A stretch of DNA of 64,000 nt from NCBI GenBank assembly GCA_036506275.1, contig DASXSB010000014.1, forward strand, positions 2,402 to 66,401, written 5' to 3'. Below are positions 37,811 through 45,230 of the stretch, piece by piece. Position numbers and translations under genes: made by a program. A model generated the notes under the pieces. It saw nothing but the letters and a program-made list of their open reading frames with translations. It had not been told where the DNA came from and did not search any database. This stretch comes from Candidatus Methylomirabilota bacterium. Its GTDB lineage: Bacteria > Methylomirabilota > Methylomirabilia > Rokubacteriales > CSP1-6. Position 1 is the first letter of the stretch; every line of letters begins with the position of its first letter.

Positions 37811-37847
37811 TTGACAGTATCATGAAACTACTGTTTCATACCGAAAC
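37811..37847 (+). promoter_or_regulatory. Promoter/operator module B: TTGACA-N6-TGAAAC-TACT-GTTTCA-TACC-GAAAC, ending 1 nt before the chrB ATG
   Basis: -35 TTGACA (37811-37816), 17-nt spacer, -10 TTTCAT (37834-37839). Perfect inverted repeat ATGAAAC-N4-GTTTCAT at 37822-37839. A third half-site GAAAC lies at 37843-37847. Confidence 0.6.
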
Positions 37848-38798
37848 ATGAGCCAGCCATCGGTCCTTCTGCTCCTGGTCGGGGTTCCGCCCACGCCGTC
37901 GAGCCTGCGCGTGCGCGTGTGGCGCCGCCTCCGTTCGCTGGGCGCGGTGGCCCTCAAGCGGTCCGCCTATCTCCTCCCCGACACTCCCGAGCTCTACGAG
38001 GATTTCCAGTGGCTTGCCCAGGAGATCCAGCGGGAAGGGGGGGACGCCACGCTCGTCCGCGTCCATCAGATCGAGAACCTGACCGACGCCGACGTGCTCC
38101 GTCTCTTCCAGGAGCCCCGCGACCAGGACTACCGGCACCTCGCGGCGCGCTATCGCAAGATGCTGCAGGGCCTCGAGCGCAAGGGGGCGGCGACGCGGAC
38201 ACGAGTGCAAGACGACCTCGCCCGGCTCGCCAAGGACCATCAGCGTATCCGTGACATCGACTTCTTCGACGCCCCCGGCGGCGCCGAAGTGCGGCGTCTC
38301 GAGGAGGCCATCGCCATGCGCACCCGGCGCCCGGAATCCGTCCGTCGCGAAGAGCGGCCCACCCTCGATCTCGCCGCCCTGCGCCGTCGGCGGTGGGTCA
38401 CCCGCCCGCGCCCGCACATCGATCGCATCGCCTCCGCGTGGCTGATCAAGCGCTTCATCGACGCCGATGCCCAGTTCGTGTTCGCGCCGGCGTCGGAGTT
38501 CCCGAAGGACGCCATCCCGTTCGACGCGCCGGGGGTGGAGCTCAGTCACCAGGGTGAGGACTGCACGTTCGAGACGCTCCTGAAACGCGCGCGGCTGCGC
38601 GATCGACGACTCGCCCGCCTCGCCGAGATCGTCCACGAGGCCGACCTCCGCGACGGCAAGTACCCGCGCGAGGAAGCCCGCGGTATCGACGTCGCCGTGC
38701 GCGCGCTGCTCGCCGCGTCCACCGACGACCACCAGGTGCTCGCCCAGGGCATGACCCTGTTCGACGGTCTTTACGCCACGACGTCACGGAAGGGTTAG
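37848..38798 (+). CDS. chrB: Chromate resistance regulator-like protein ChrB (N-terminal ChrB domain + C-terminal Chrome_Resist domain)
   Basis: 316 aa; ..LRVRVWRRLRSLGAVALKRSAYLLP.. and ..WVTRPRPHIDRIASAWLIKRFIDADAQFVF.. are typical ChrB motifs. Confidence 0.88.
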   Translation: MSQPSVLLLLVGVPPTPSSLRVRVWRRLRSLGAVALKRSAYLLPDTPELYEDFQWLAQEIQREGGDATLVRVHQIENLTDADVLRLFQEPRDQDYRHLAARYRKMLQGLERKGAATRTRVQDDLARLAKDHQRIRDIDFFDAPGGAEVRRLEEAIAMRTRRPESVRREERPTLDLAALRRRRWVTRPRPHIDRIASAWLIKRFIDADAQFVFAPASEFPKDAIPFDAPGVELSHQGEDCTFETLLKRARLRDRRLARLAEIVHEADLRDGKYPREEARGIDVAVRALLAASTDDHQVLAQGMTLFDGLYATTSRKG

Positions 38799-38799
38799 C

Positions 38800-39780
38800 A
38801 TGCTGATCCTGTCCCGCCGCGACGTGATCGAGCTCCTGACGCTGCGCGACTGCATCGACGCCGTGGAGCAGGCCTTCCGACTCCATGTCGAGGGGCGCAC
38901 GCTGCGCCCGCGCGTGCTCGGGATGCCGGCCGCCGACGGCGGGTTCCACATCAAGGCGGCGGGGTTGGCGGGGGCGAGGAGTTATTTCGCGGCCAAGATC
39001 AACGCGAACTTCCCGGAGAATCCGCGGCGCTACGGGCGGCCCGCCATCCAGGGCACGGTCGTGCTCGCCGACGCGACGACGGGCGAGCCGCTGGCGGTGA
39101 TGGACTCCGGGAGCGTGACCGCCTTGCGGACGGGCGCGGCCACGGCGGTGGCGGCGAAATATCTCGCGCGCACGGACGCGCGCACGGCCACGATCGTGGG
39201 CGCGGGCGTCCAGGGCGAGCCCCAGCTGGCGGCGATCGCGGCCGTGCTGCCGCTCACGCGCGCGTGGGTGTTCGACCTCGATCAGGCGCGCGCGGAAGGC
39301 ATGGCGGCCCGCGCCACCGCGCAGCTCGGCGTGGCGGTGGTGGCCGGGCGCGATCTTCGCGCCGCCCTGCGTGACAGCGACGTCTGCGTCACGTGCACGC
39401 CGTCGCGGCGCGTCCTCGTGGCGGCCGGCGACGTCGGCCCCGGAATCTTCATCGCGGCCGTCGGCGCCGACAGCGAAGGCAAACAGGAGCTCGACCCCGC
39501 CCTCGTCGCCTCCGCCACCCTCGTCGTCGACATGCTCGACCAGTGCGCCGTCATCGGCGAATTGCAGCACGCGCTCGCCGCCGGGCTGCTCGGGCGCGAG
39601 GACGTCCACGCCGAGCTGGCCGACGTCGTCGTCGGACGGCGTCCCGGGCGATCGCGCGCGGACGAGATCACGATCTTCGACAGCTCGGGCACCGCCCTCG
39701 AGGACGTTGCCGCCGCCCTCTGCGTCTACGAGAAGGCGTGCGCGGTGGGGCGGGGGATGGAGGTCAAGCTCGATGCCTGA
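38800..39780 (+). CDS. Ornithine cyclodeaminase / mu-crystallin family NAD(P)-dependent protein
   Basis: 326 aa. MLILSRRDVIELLTLRDCIDAVEQAF.., SVTALRTGAATAVAAKYLAR, IVGAGVQG. ATG lies 1 nt after the chrB stop. Confidence 0.88.
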   Translation: MLILSRRDVIELLTLRDCIDAVEQAFRLHVEGRTLRPRVLGMPAADGGFHIKAAGLAGARSYFAAKINANFPENPRRYGRPAIQGTVVLADATTGEPLAVMDSGSVTALRTGAATAVAAKYLARTDARTATIVGAGVQGEPQLAAIAAVLPLTRAWVFDLDQARAEGMAARATAQLGVAVVAGRDLRAALRDSDVCVTCTPSRRVLVAAGDVGPGIFIAAVGADSEGKQELDPALVASATLVVDMLDQCAVIGELQHALAAGLLGREDVHAELADVVVGRRPGRSRADEITIFDSSGTALEDVAAALCVYEKACAVGRGMEVKLDA

Positions 39781-40996
39781 ACCCACGGATGGCGGGACCA
39801 CGAATCGCTGGAAGGAAATCGCGACCGGCTTTCTGAAGATCGGCGCCACCGGGTACGGCGGTCCCGCCATCATGGGCGTGATGCAGGCGGAGTTTCAGGA
39901 GCGGCGTCAGTGGGTTTCGAAGCCGCAATTCGTGGAAGGCCTGGCCCTCGTCAACGTCCTCCCCGGCGCCACCGCCGTCGAGCTCGGTATTTTTCTCGGG
40001 TATGCCCGCGGCGGATGGTGGGGCGGCCTCGTGGCCGGACTCTGCTTCGCCGCCCCCGGCTTCGTGGTGATGCTCGCTCTCGCACTGGCGTACGCCACGC
40101 TTGACGTGAATCCGATCGTTCGGAGCGCGCTCTACGGTCTGGGGCCGGTCGTGCTCGCGATCTTCGTGGTGGCCCTCGTGCGCCTCGGGCGGTCAGCCCT
40201 GCGCGCGTGGCCGCAGCGACTCATCGCGACCGCCGCCGCCGTCGCCGCGCTCCTGAGCCCGATCGGCGCCGCCGCCATCCTGCTCCTCGCGGGAGCCGTC
40301 GGTCTCTTCCTCTTCCACTCGCGGCGCGCGGGGGCCATCGTGCTTCTCGCGCTGACGGCCGGCATCGCCCTCATGCCGTTCGTCGTGTGGTCTCCCCTCG
40401 GCTCCCTGATCACGAGCGGCGGTCCCGGGTTCGGGAGGGTCATCGCGCTCTTCTCGACCATCGGCACCGTCACCTTCGGCGGTGGGTTGTCGATGATCGC
40501 GCTCGTGGAGGAGCACGTGGTCCATCGCCTGCACTGGCTGACGCCGCCAGAGTTCATCGCGGGCCTCGCCCTCGGCCAGCTCACGCCGGGTCCGATATTG
40601 ATGGTGGCCGCGTTCATCGGCTACAAGCTGCTCGGCGTCGGCGGCGCCGTCGCCGCCGCGGTCGCGATGTTCCTGCCGTCGTTCGTGCTCATGCTGGCAA
40701 TCCTGCCCGCGTTCGACCGCGTGCGGAAACTCACGTGGATGAAGGCCGTCATCCAGGGCATCGGTCCCGCCGTCATCGGCGTCATGGCGGTGGCGCTTTC
40801 TCGCCTGGCGCCGGCCTCGGCGCCCGATCCCGTCGCCGTCATCGTGCTGGTGGCGGCGGTGGCCGTGCTCCTGTTCGGGCAGGTGGCGCCCCTGCCGGCG
40901 ATGCTCGGGGGCGCCGTGCTTGGAGTGGCGCGGAGCTGGCTCGCGGCGCTGCCGGGTCTGAAGCCGGCTCTCGGTCTCGGCCTCTGGGTTCGATGA
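39773..40996 (+). CDS. chrA: Chromate ion transporter (CHR family, full-length two-domain ChrA), copy 1
   Basis: Start at ATG 39773, an 8-nt overlap with the upstream gene. FLKIGATGYGGPAIMGVMQ..LPGATAVELGIFLGY and a second CHR repeat TVTFGGGLSMIALV..LTPGPILMVAAFIGY. Confidence 0.92.
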   Translation: MPEPTDGGTTNRWKEIATGFLKIGATGYGGPAIMGVMQAEFQERRQWVSKPQFVEGLALVNVLPGATAVELGIFLGYARGGWWGGLVAGLCFAAPGFVVMLALALAYATLDVNPIVRSALYGLGPVVLAIFVVALVRLGRSALRAWPQRLIATAAAVAALLSPIGAAAILLLAGAVGLFLFHSRRAGAIVLLALTAGIALMPFVVWSPLGSLITSGGPGFGRVIALFSTIGTVTFGGGLSMIALVEEHVVHRLHWLTPPEFIAGLALGQLTPGPILMVAAFIGYKLLGVGGAVAAAVAMFLPSFVLMLAILPAFDRVRKLTWMKAVIQGIGPAVIGVMAVALSRLAPASAPDPVAVIVLVAAVAVLLFGQVAPLPAMLGGAVLGVARSWLAALPGLKPALGLGLWVR

Positions 40997-42117
40997 TGGT
41001 GCGGCCCACCACCACCGAGCTCCTGAAGTACTTCCTCTATCTGGGGAGCCTCGGATTCGGTGGGCCCGTCGCGCTCGTGGGCTACATGCAGCGCGATCTC
41101 GTCGAGCGCCGCCCCTGGTTCTCGAAAGAGGAGTACATGAAGTCGCTCGCCCTCGCGCAGCTCGCGCCCGGCCCGCTCGCGGCCCAGCTCGCGATCTGTC
41201 TCGGCTACGTCCACTCGCGCGTGCGCGGAGCGAGCCTGGTCGCCCTCACCTTCGTGCTGCCGTCGTTCGTGATGACGGTCGTCATCAGCTGGCTCTACGT
41301 CCGCTTCGGCGGCTTGCCGTGGATGCAGGCCGCGTTCTACGGCGTGGGCGCGACCGTGATCGGGATCATCGTGCTCGCCGCCTACAAGCTGGCGCGCCTC
41401 ACCATGGCCAAGGACAAGGTCCAGTGGCTGCTGTTCGTGATGATGGCCGCGGTCACGGCGTGGACGGAGTCCGAGATCCTCTGGCTCTTCCTGCTCTGTG
41501 GCGTGGTGGCGGTGGTCGCGCAGGCGCCGCCGGCGTGGCTCCGGCGCTCCGCGCCCGCCTGCCTCGCGGTGGCGGCGACTCCCGACGTGCTCGCGCAGCT
41601 CTTCTGGTTCTTCGCGAAGGCGGGCGCCTTCGTGTTCGGGAGCGGCCTCGCCATCGTGCCGTTCCTGTATGGCGGGGTGGTGCAGCAGTACGGTTGGCTG
41701 AACGACCAGCAGTTCCTCGACGCCGTCGCCGTCGCCATGCTGACGCCGGGTCCGATCGTCATCACGGTCGCCTTCATCGGATACCTGGTGGCGAGCTTTC
41801 CGGGGGCGGTGGCGGCCGCCGTCGGCGTCTTCCTGCCCGTTTACCTGTTCGTGGTGATCCCGTTTCCCTTCTTCGATCGCATCAGCGGAAACCCGAAGGT
41901 GAAGGCCTTCGTGGCCGGGCTCACCGCGGCCGCCTCCGGCACCATCGCCGGCGCCTGCGTCGTACTCGCACGCCGGGCCATCGTCGACGTGCCGACGCTC
42001 CTCATCGCCGCCGCCGCCCTCGGGCTCTCCATTCGCTTCAAGGTTCCGGAGCCCGTGCTCATCGCGGCCGGGGCGGCGGCCGGCTTCGTGATCTTTTCCG
42101 TTCGTAGAGGAGGATGA
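40993..42117 (+). CDS. chrA: Chromate ion transporter (CHR family, two-domain ChrA), copy 2
   Basis: ATGA overlap with copy 1. LGSLGFGGPVALVGYMQ..LAPGPLAAQLAICLGY and GAFVFGSGLAIVPFL..LTPGPIVITVAFIGY. Confidence 0.92.
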   Translation: MMVRPTTTELLKYFLYLGSLGFGGPVALVGYMQRDLVERRPWFSKEEYMKSLALAQLAPGPLAAQLAICLGYVHSRVRGASLVALTFVLPSFVMTVVISWLYVRFGGLPWMQAAFYGVGATVIGIIVLAAYKLARLTMAKDKVQWLLFVMMAAVTAWTESEILWLFLLCGVVAVVAQAPPAWLRRSAPACLAVAATPDVLAQLFWFFAKAGAFVFGSGLAIVPFLYGGVVQQYGWLNDQQFLDAVAVAMLTPGPIVITVAFIGYLVASFPGAVAAAVGVFLPVYLFVVIPFPFFDRISGNPKVKAFVAGLTAAASGTIAGACVVLARRAIVDVPTLLIAAAALGLSIRFKVPEPVLIAAGAAAGFVIFSVRRGG

Positions 42118-42947
42118 CCATGAAGTGGATCACGCGTGAGCGTGCTCGTGTGGATCGCATCGCCTGTCCGTGGTTGATCACGCGCTTCATCGATCCGAGT
42201 CCCGTGTTTCTCTTCGTCCCTGCCTCGGAGGTCGTCGCCGCCGCGCAGCGGGAAGGCGCCATTCCGTACGACATTCCGAACGTCGAGCTCGGTCATCACG
42301 GGAGGCGCTGCTCGTTCGATGCGTTCATCGATCGCTACGAGCTCGGCGATCCCGCCCTCGGCACCCTCGCCGACATCGTGCGCGGCGCCGATACCGACGA
42401 TCGTGCGCTCACGCCGGAATCGGCGGGCCTGTACGCGGCCGCCACCGGGTTCCAGGCGATCAGCCGGGACGACTTCGACAACATGGAGCGGCAATTCCCG
42501 ATGTACGACGCGCTCTACGCGTTTGCGCGCACGAAGGCGGCCCCCGTGGGCACGCCCCCGGCGCGAGTCCTGTTCGTGTGCCTCCACGGCGCCGCCAAGA
42601 GCGTCGTCGCGGCGGCTCACCTCCGCCGACTGGCGGCCGCGCGGGGGCTTCCCATCGAGGCCGTGGCGGCGGGCACGGAGCCCGATCGTGAGCTGGCCCC
42701 GGCGGCGGTGAAGGGCCTCGCGGGAGACGGCCTGACGGCGGCGCCGCGCCGGCCGCGGCCGGTCACGCTGTACGACCTCCAGCGCGCCACGCGCGTGGTG
42801 ACGTTCGGCTGCGACGTCGTGCCCGCTCACGGCCAGCCGACGGAACAGTGGGATGTCCCGGCCGTGAGCGACGGCTACGAGGCGGCGCGGGACCGCATCG
42901 TCGCCCACGTGGAGCGCCTGGTGGCCGACGTCGCGCGCGGGGCCTGA
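42114..42947 (+). CDS. Fusion of a ChrB C-terminal-type (Chrome_Resist) domain with a low-molecular-weight phosphatase/ArsC-like domain carrying a C-X5-K loop
   Basis: ATGA overlap with chrA copy 2. WITRERARVDRIACPWLITRFIDPSPVFLFV (Chrome_Resist). VLFVCLHGAAKSVVAAAHL (P-loop-like, nt 42579-42602). Confidence 0.8.
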   Translation: MTMKWITRERARVDRIACPWLITRFIDPSPVFLFVPASEVVAAAQREGAIPYDIPNVELGHHGRRCSFDAFIDRYELGDPALGTLADIVRGADTDDRALTPESAGLYAAATGFQAISRDDFDNMERQFPMYDALYAFARTKAAPVGTPPARVLFVCLHGAAKSVVAAAHLRRLAAARGLPIEAVAAGTEPDRELAPAAVKGLAGDGLTAAPRRPRPVTLYDLQRATRVVTFGCDVVPAHGQPTEQWDVPAVSDGYEAARDRIVAHVERLVADVARGA

Positions 42948-42962
42948 GCGCGCGGACGTCGA

Positions 42963-42984
42963 GGCGCGCGGCGTCGAGCGCGCC
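42963..42984. terminator. GC-rich hairpin between convergent genes (possible bidirectional terminator, no U-tract)
   Basis: ggcgcgc(42963-42969), 8-nt loop, gcgcgcc(42978-42984). Embedded in a 16/15-nt tandem repeat. Confidence 0.25.
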
Positions 42985-43002
42985 GCCGCCGGGCGCACGG
43001 CC

Positions 43003-43374
43003 TCAGACGCGGCCCACGTGCGCGGCGACCGCCAGCCAGCGCCCGTCGCGTCGCGCCCACACGTCCGTGTAGCGCCCGCGCCCGTCCTGGCCGTCCGGGC
43101 GCCGGTACGTCGTGCGCGCGTGGATGATGGCGACGTCGCCTATGATGCGGACGTTCACGTCGTGGGCGGCGAGATCCTTGATCTGCACGGGACGCGCCGT
43201 CTGCGCGAGGAAGGCGGTGCGATCGACGAGAGTCCCATCCGGATTGCTGCACAGGAAGTCGGGCGCGAGGATCTCGTCGAACCGTCGCACGTCGCCGTCC
43301 TGGACCGATCGAATGTATTCCCGATTCAGCTCGAGCAGGGTCTCGAGATCCGGCCTGGCTGCGCTGTCGGTCAT
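43003..43374 (-). CDS. SnoaL-like / NTF2-family (DUF4440-like) protein
   Basis: Start at ATG 43374 (RBS ggaggag). 123 aa; ..LLELNREYIRSVQDGDVRRFDEILAPDF....YTDVWARRDGRWLAVAAH. Confidence 0.75.
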   Translation of the reverse strand: MTDSAARPDLETLLELNREYIRSVQDGDVRRFDEILAPDFLCSNPDGTLVDRTAFLAQTARPVQIKDLAAHDVNVRIIGDVAIIHARTTYRRPDGQDGRGRYTDVWARRDGRWLAVAAHVGRV

Positions 43375-43505
43375 GCAGTCTCCTCCTCGGCGCTCCCGGC
43401 GAGCGGGTGCCGCCGCCCCCAGTGTATTCCTCCCCCGCGTCGACGGAAGCCTGCGGGTGGGCGGACGCGCGAGCGTGCGATACTGCGCCGTTGGAGGGAT
43501 CGGCC

Positions 43506-45230
43506 ATGGGGTTTCGGACGCTGCATCCCGAGACGACGGCGGAGGCGTACCTCGAGCTGCTGAAGGACCGCGGCATCGACGTCTTTCTCGGCAACGCCGG
43601 CACCGACTTCGCATCGCTCGTGGAAGCGTTCGCGCGCTTCGAGGCGGAGGACGGCCGCGGACCGCGCCCGCTGGTGGTGCCGCACGAGTTCGTGGCGGTG
43701 TCGATGGCGCACGGCTACTACGCGGCGAGCGGCCGCCCGGCGGCGGTGATGGTCCACGTCAACGTGGGCACCGGCAACGCCGCCACCGCCATCATCACCG
43801 CCGCCCGCGCCAACGTGCCCGTCCTCATGACGGCGGGGCGGACGCCGATCACCGAGGAGGGCCTGCCCGGCGCCCGCGACCTGCACATCCACTGGGCGCA
43901 GGAGAGCTTCGACCAGGCGGCGATGCTGCGCGAATACGTGAAGTGGGACTACGAGCTGCGCACGCCCGTGCAGCTCGAGTCGGTGGTCGATCGCGCCTTC
44001 GAGCTGATGCAGGCGGATCCGCGCGGGCCCGTCTACCTGACGCTGCCGCGGGAGGTGCTGGCCGCCCGTCCCGGCGCGCTCACGATCACGTCGCCGCCGC
44101 GGCGAGAGTCCCGGAGCGAGCGGTTTCCGGATCCCGCGCGGATCGACGAGGCCGCGCGCATCCTCGCCCGCGCCGACTATCCGATCGTCCTCACCTCGGC
44201 GGCGGGCATCGACGCGCGCGCGGTCGCCGGCCTCGTCGAGCTGGCGGAGGCGGGCGGGATCGGCGTCGTGGAAGCGGATCCGATCTATCTGAACTTCTCG
44301 CACGGACACGATCTCCACCTCGGCTACAACCAGGCGGGAGCGACGAATCCCTCCGTCGGCGACGCCGACGCGATCATGGTCGTGGAGGCGGACGTCCCCT
44401 GGTATCCGGCGCTGAAGAAGCCCGCCCCCCACGCGCCGGTCATCCATCTCGGTGTCGATCCGTTCTTCTCGCGCTATCCGATGCGCAGCTATCCGTGCGA
44501 CGTGCCGATCGCGGCCACGCCGGCGGCAGCCCTGCCCCTGCTCGCGGACGCGGTCCGTCGCCACGCCGATCCGGCGGCGGTGATGCGGCGTCGCGAGCGT
44601 CTTGCCGCCGAGCACCGACGGCGCCAGGCCGCCTGGGAACAGACGGCGCTCGGACAGTCGAGCTCGTCGACGATCGGCTTCGCATGGGCGTCGCGCTGCA
44701 TCGGCGAGATCGTGGACGAGAGCACGGCCGTCGTGAACGAATATCCGCTCGATCGACGCTTCGCCGTCCTCACACGATCCGGCAGCTACTTCGGGTCGCC
44801 GCACTCGAGCGGCCTCGGGTTCGGTCTGGGAGCCGCCCTCGGTGTGAAGCTCGCCCGTCCGGCGTCGACGGTCATCGCCACCGTCGGCGACGGCGCCTAC
44901 TTCTTCGGAGAGCCGCTGTCCTGCCTGTTCGTGCAGCGCGCGCACCGACTGCCGATCCTCACCGTCGTCTTCAACAACCAGCAATGGGAAGCGGTGAAGT
45001 TCGGGGCGCTGGCGGTGCATCCGGCCGGCGTCGCGAAATCGCGCGGGCGCTTCCCGCTCAGCGAGCTCCGGCCCTCGCCGCGCTTCGAGGAGATGGCGAA
45101 GACAGTGGACGGCTACGGTGAGCGGGTGGAGGGTCCGAGCGAGCTGCCGGGCGCGCTCAAGCGCGGGCTGGCGGCCGTGCGCGAAGGGCGGCCCGCCATC
45201 CTGAACGTCCTTTGCCAGCGTGAGGTCTAG
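43506..45230 (+). CDS. Thiamine-pyrophosphate-dependent enzyme (acetolactate synthase large-subunit-like family)
   Basis: Start at ATG 43506 (RBS ggaggga). LKDRGIDVFLGNAGTDF..HEFVAVSMAHGYY..NVGTGNAATAI; C-terminal TPP-binding VGDGAYFF. Confidence 0.9.
   Translation: MGFRTLHPETTAEAYLELLKDRGIDVFLGNAGTDFASLVEAFARFEAEDGRGPRPLVVPHEFVAVSMAHGYYAASGRPAAVMVHVNVGTGNAATAIITAARANVPVLMTAGRTPITEEGLPGARDLHIHWAQESFDQAAMLREYVKWDYELRTPVQLESVVDRAFELMQADPRGPVYLTLPREVLAARPGALTITSPPRRESRSERFPDPARIDEAARILARADYPIVLTSAAGIDARAVAGLVELAEAGGIGVVEADPIYLNFSHGHDLHLGYNQAGATNPSVGDADAIMVVEADVPWYPALKKPAPHAPVIHLGVDPFFSRYPMRSYPCDVPIAATPAAALPLLADAVRRHADPAAVMRRRERLAAEHRRRQAAWEQTALGQSSSSTIGFAWASRCIGEIVDESTAVVNEYPLDRRFAVLTRSGSYFGSPHSSGLGFGLGAALGVKLARPASTVIATVGDGAYFFGEPLSCLFVQRAHRLPILTVVFNNQQWEAVKFGALAVHPAGVAKSRGRFPLSELRPSPRFEEMAKTVDGYGERVEGPSELPGALKRGLAAVREGRPAILNVLCQREV

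Noticed and set aside
37060-37814. Plus-strand ORFs 37060-37419 and 37143-37814 spanning the operator modules and the frameshifted gene
   Set aside because: They give Arg-rich shadow translations antisense to a gene with clear LamG/DUF1080-like motifs. ORF 37060-37419 also runs straight through the palindromic operator.
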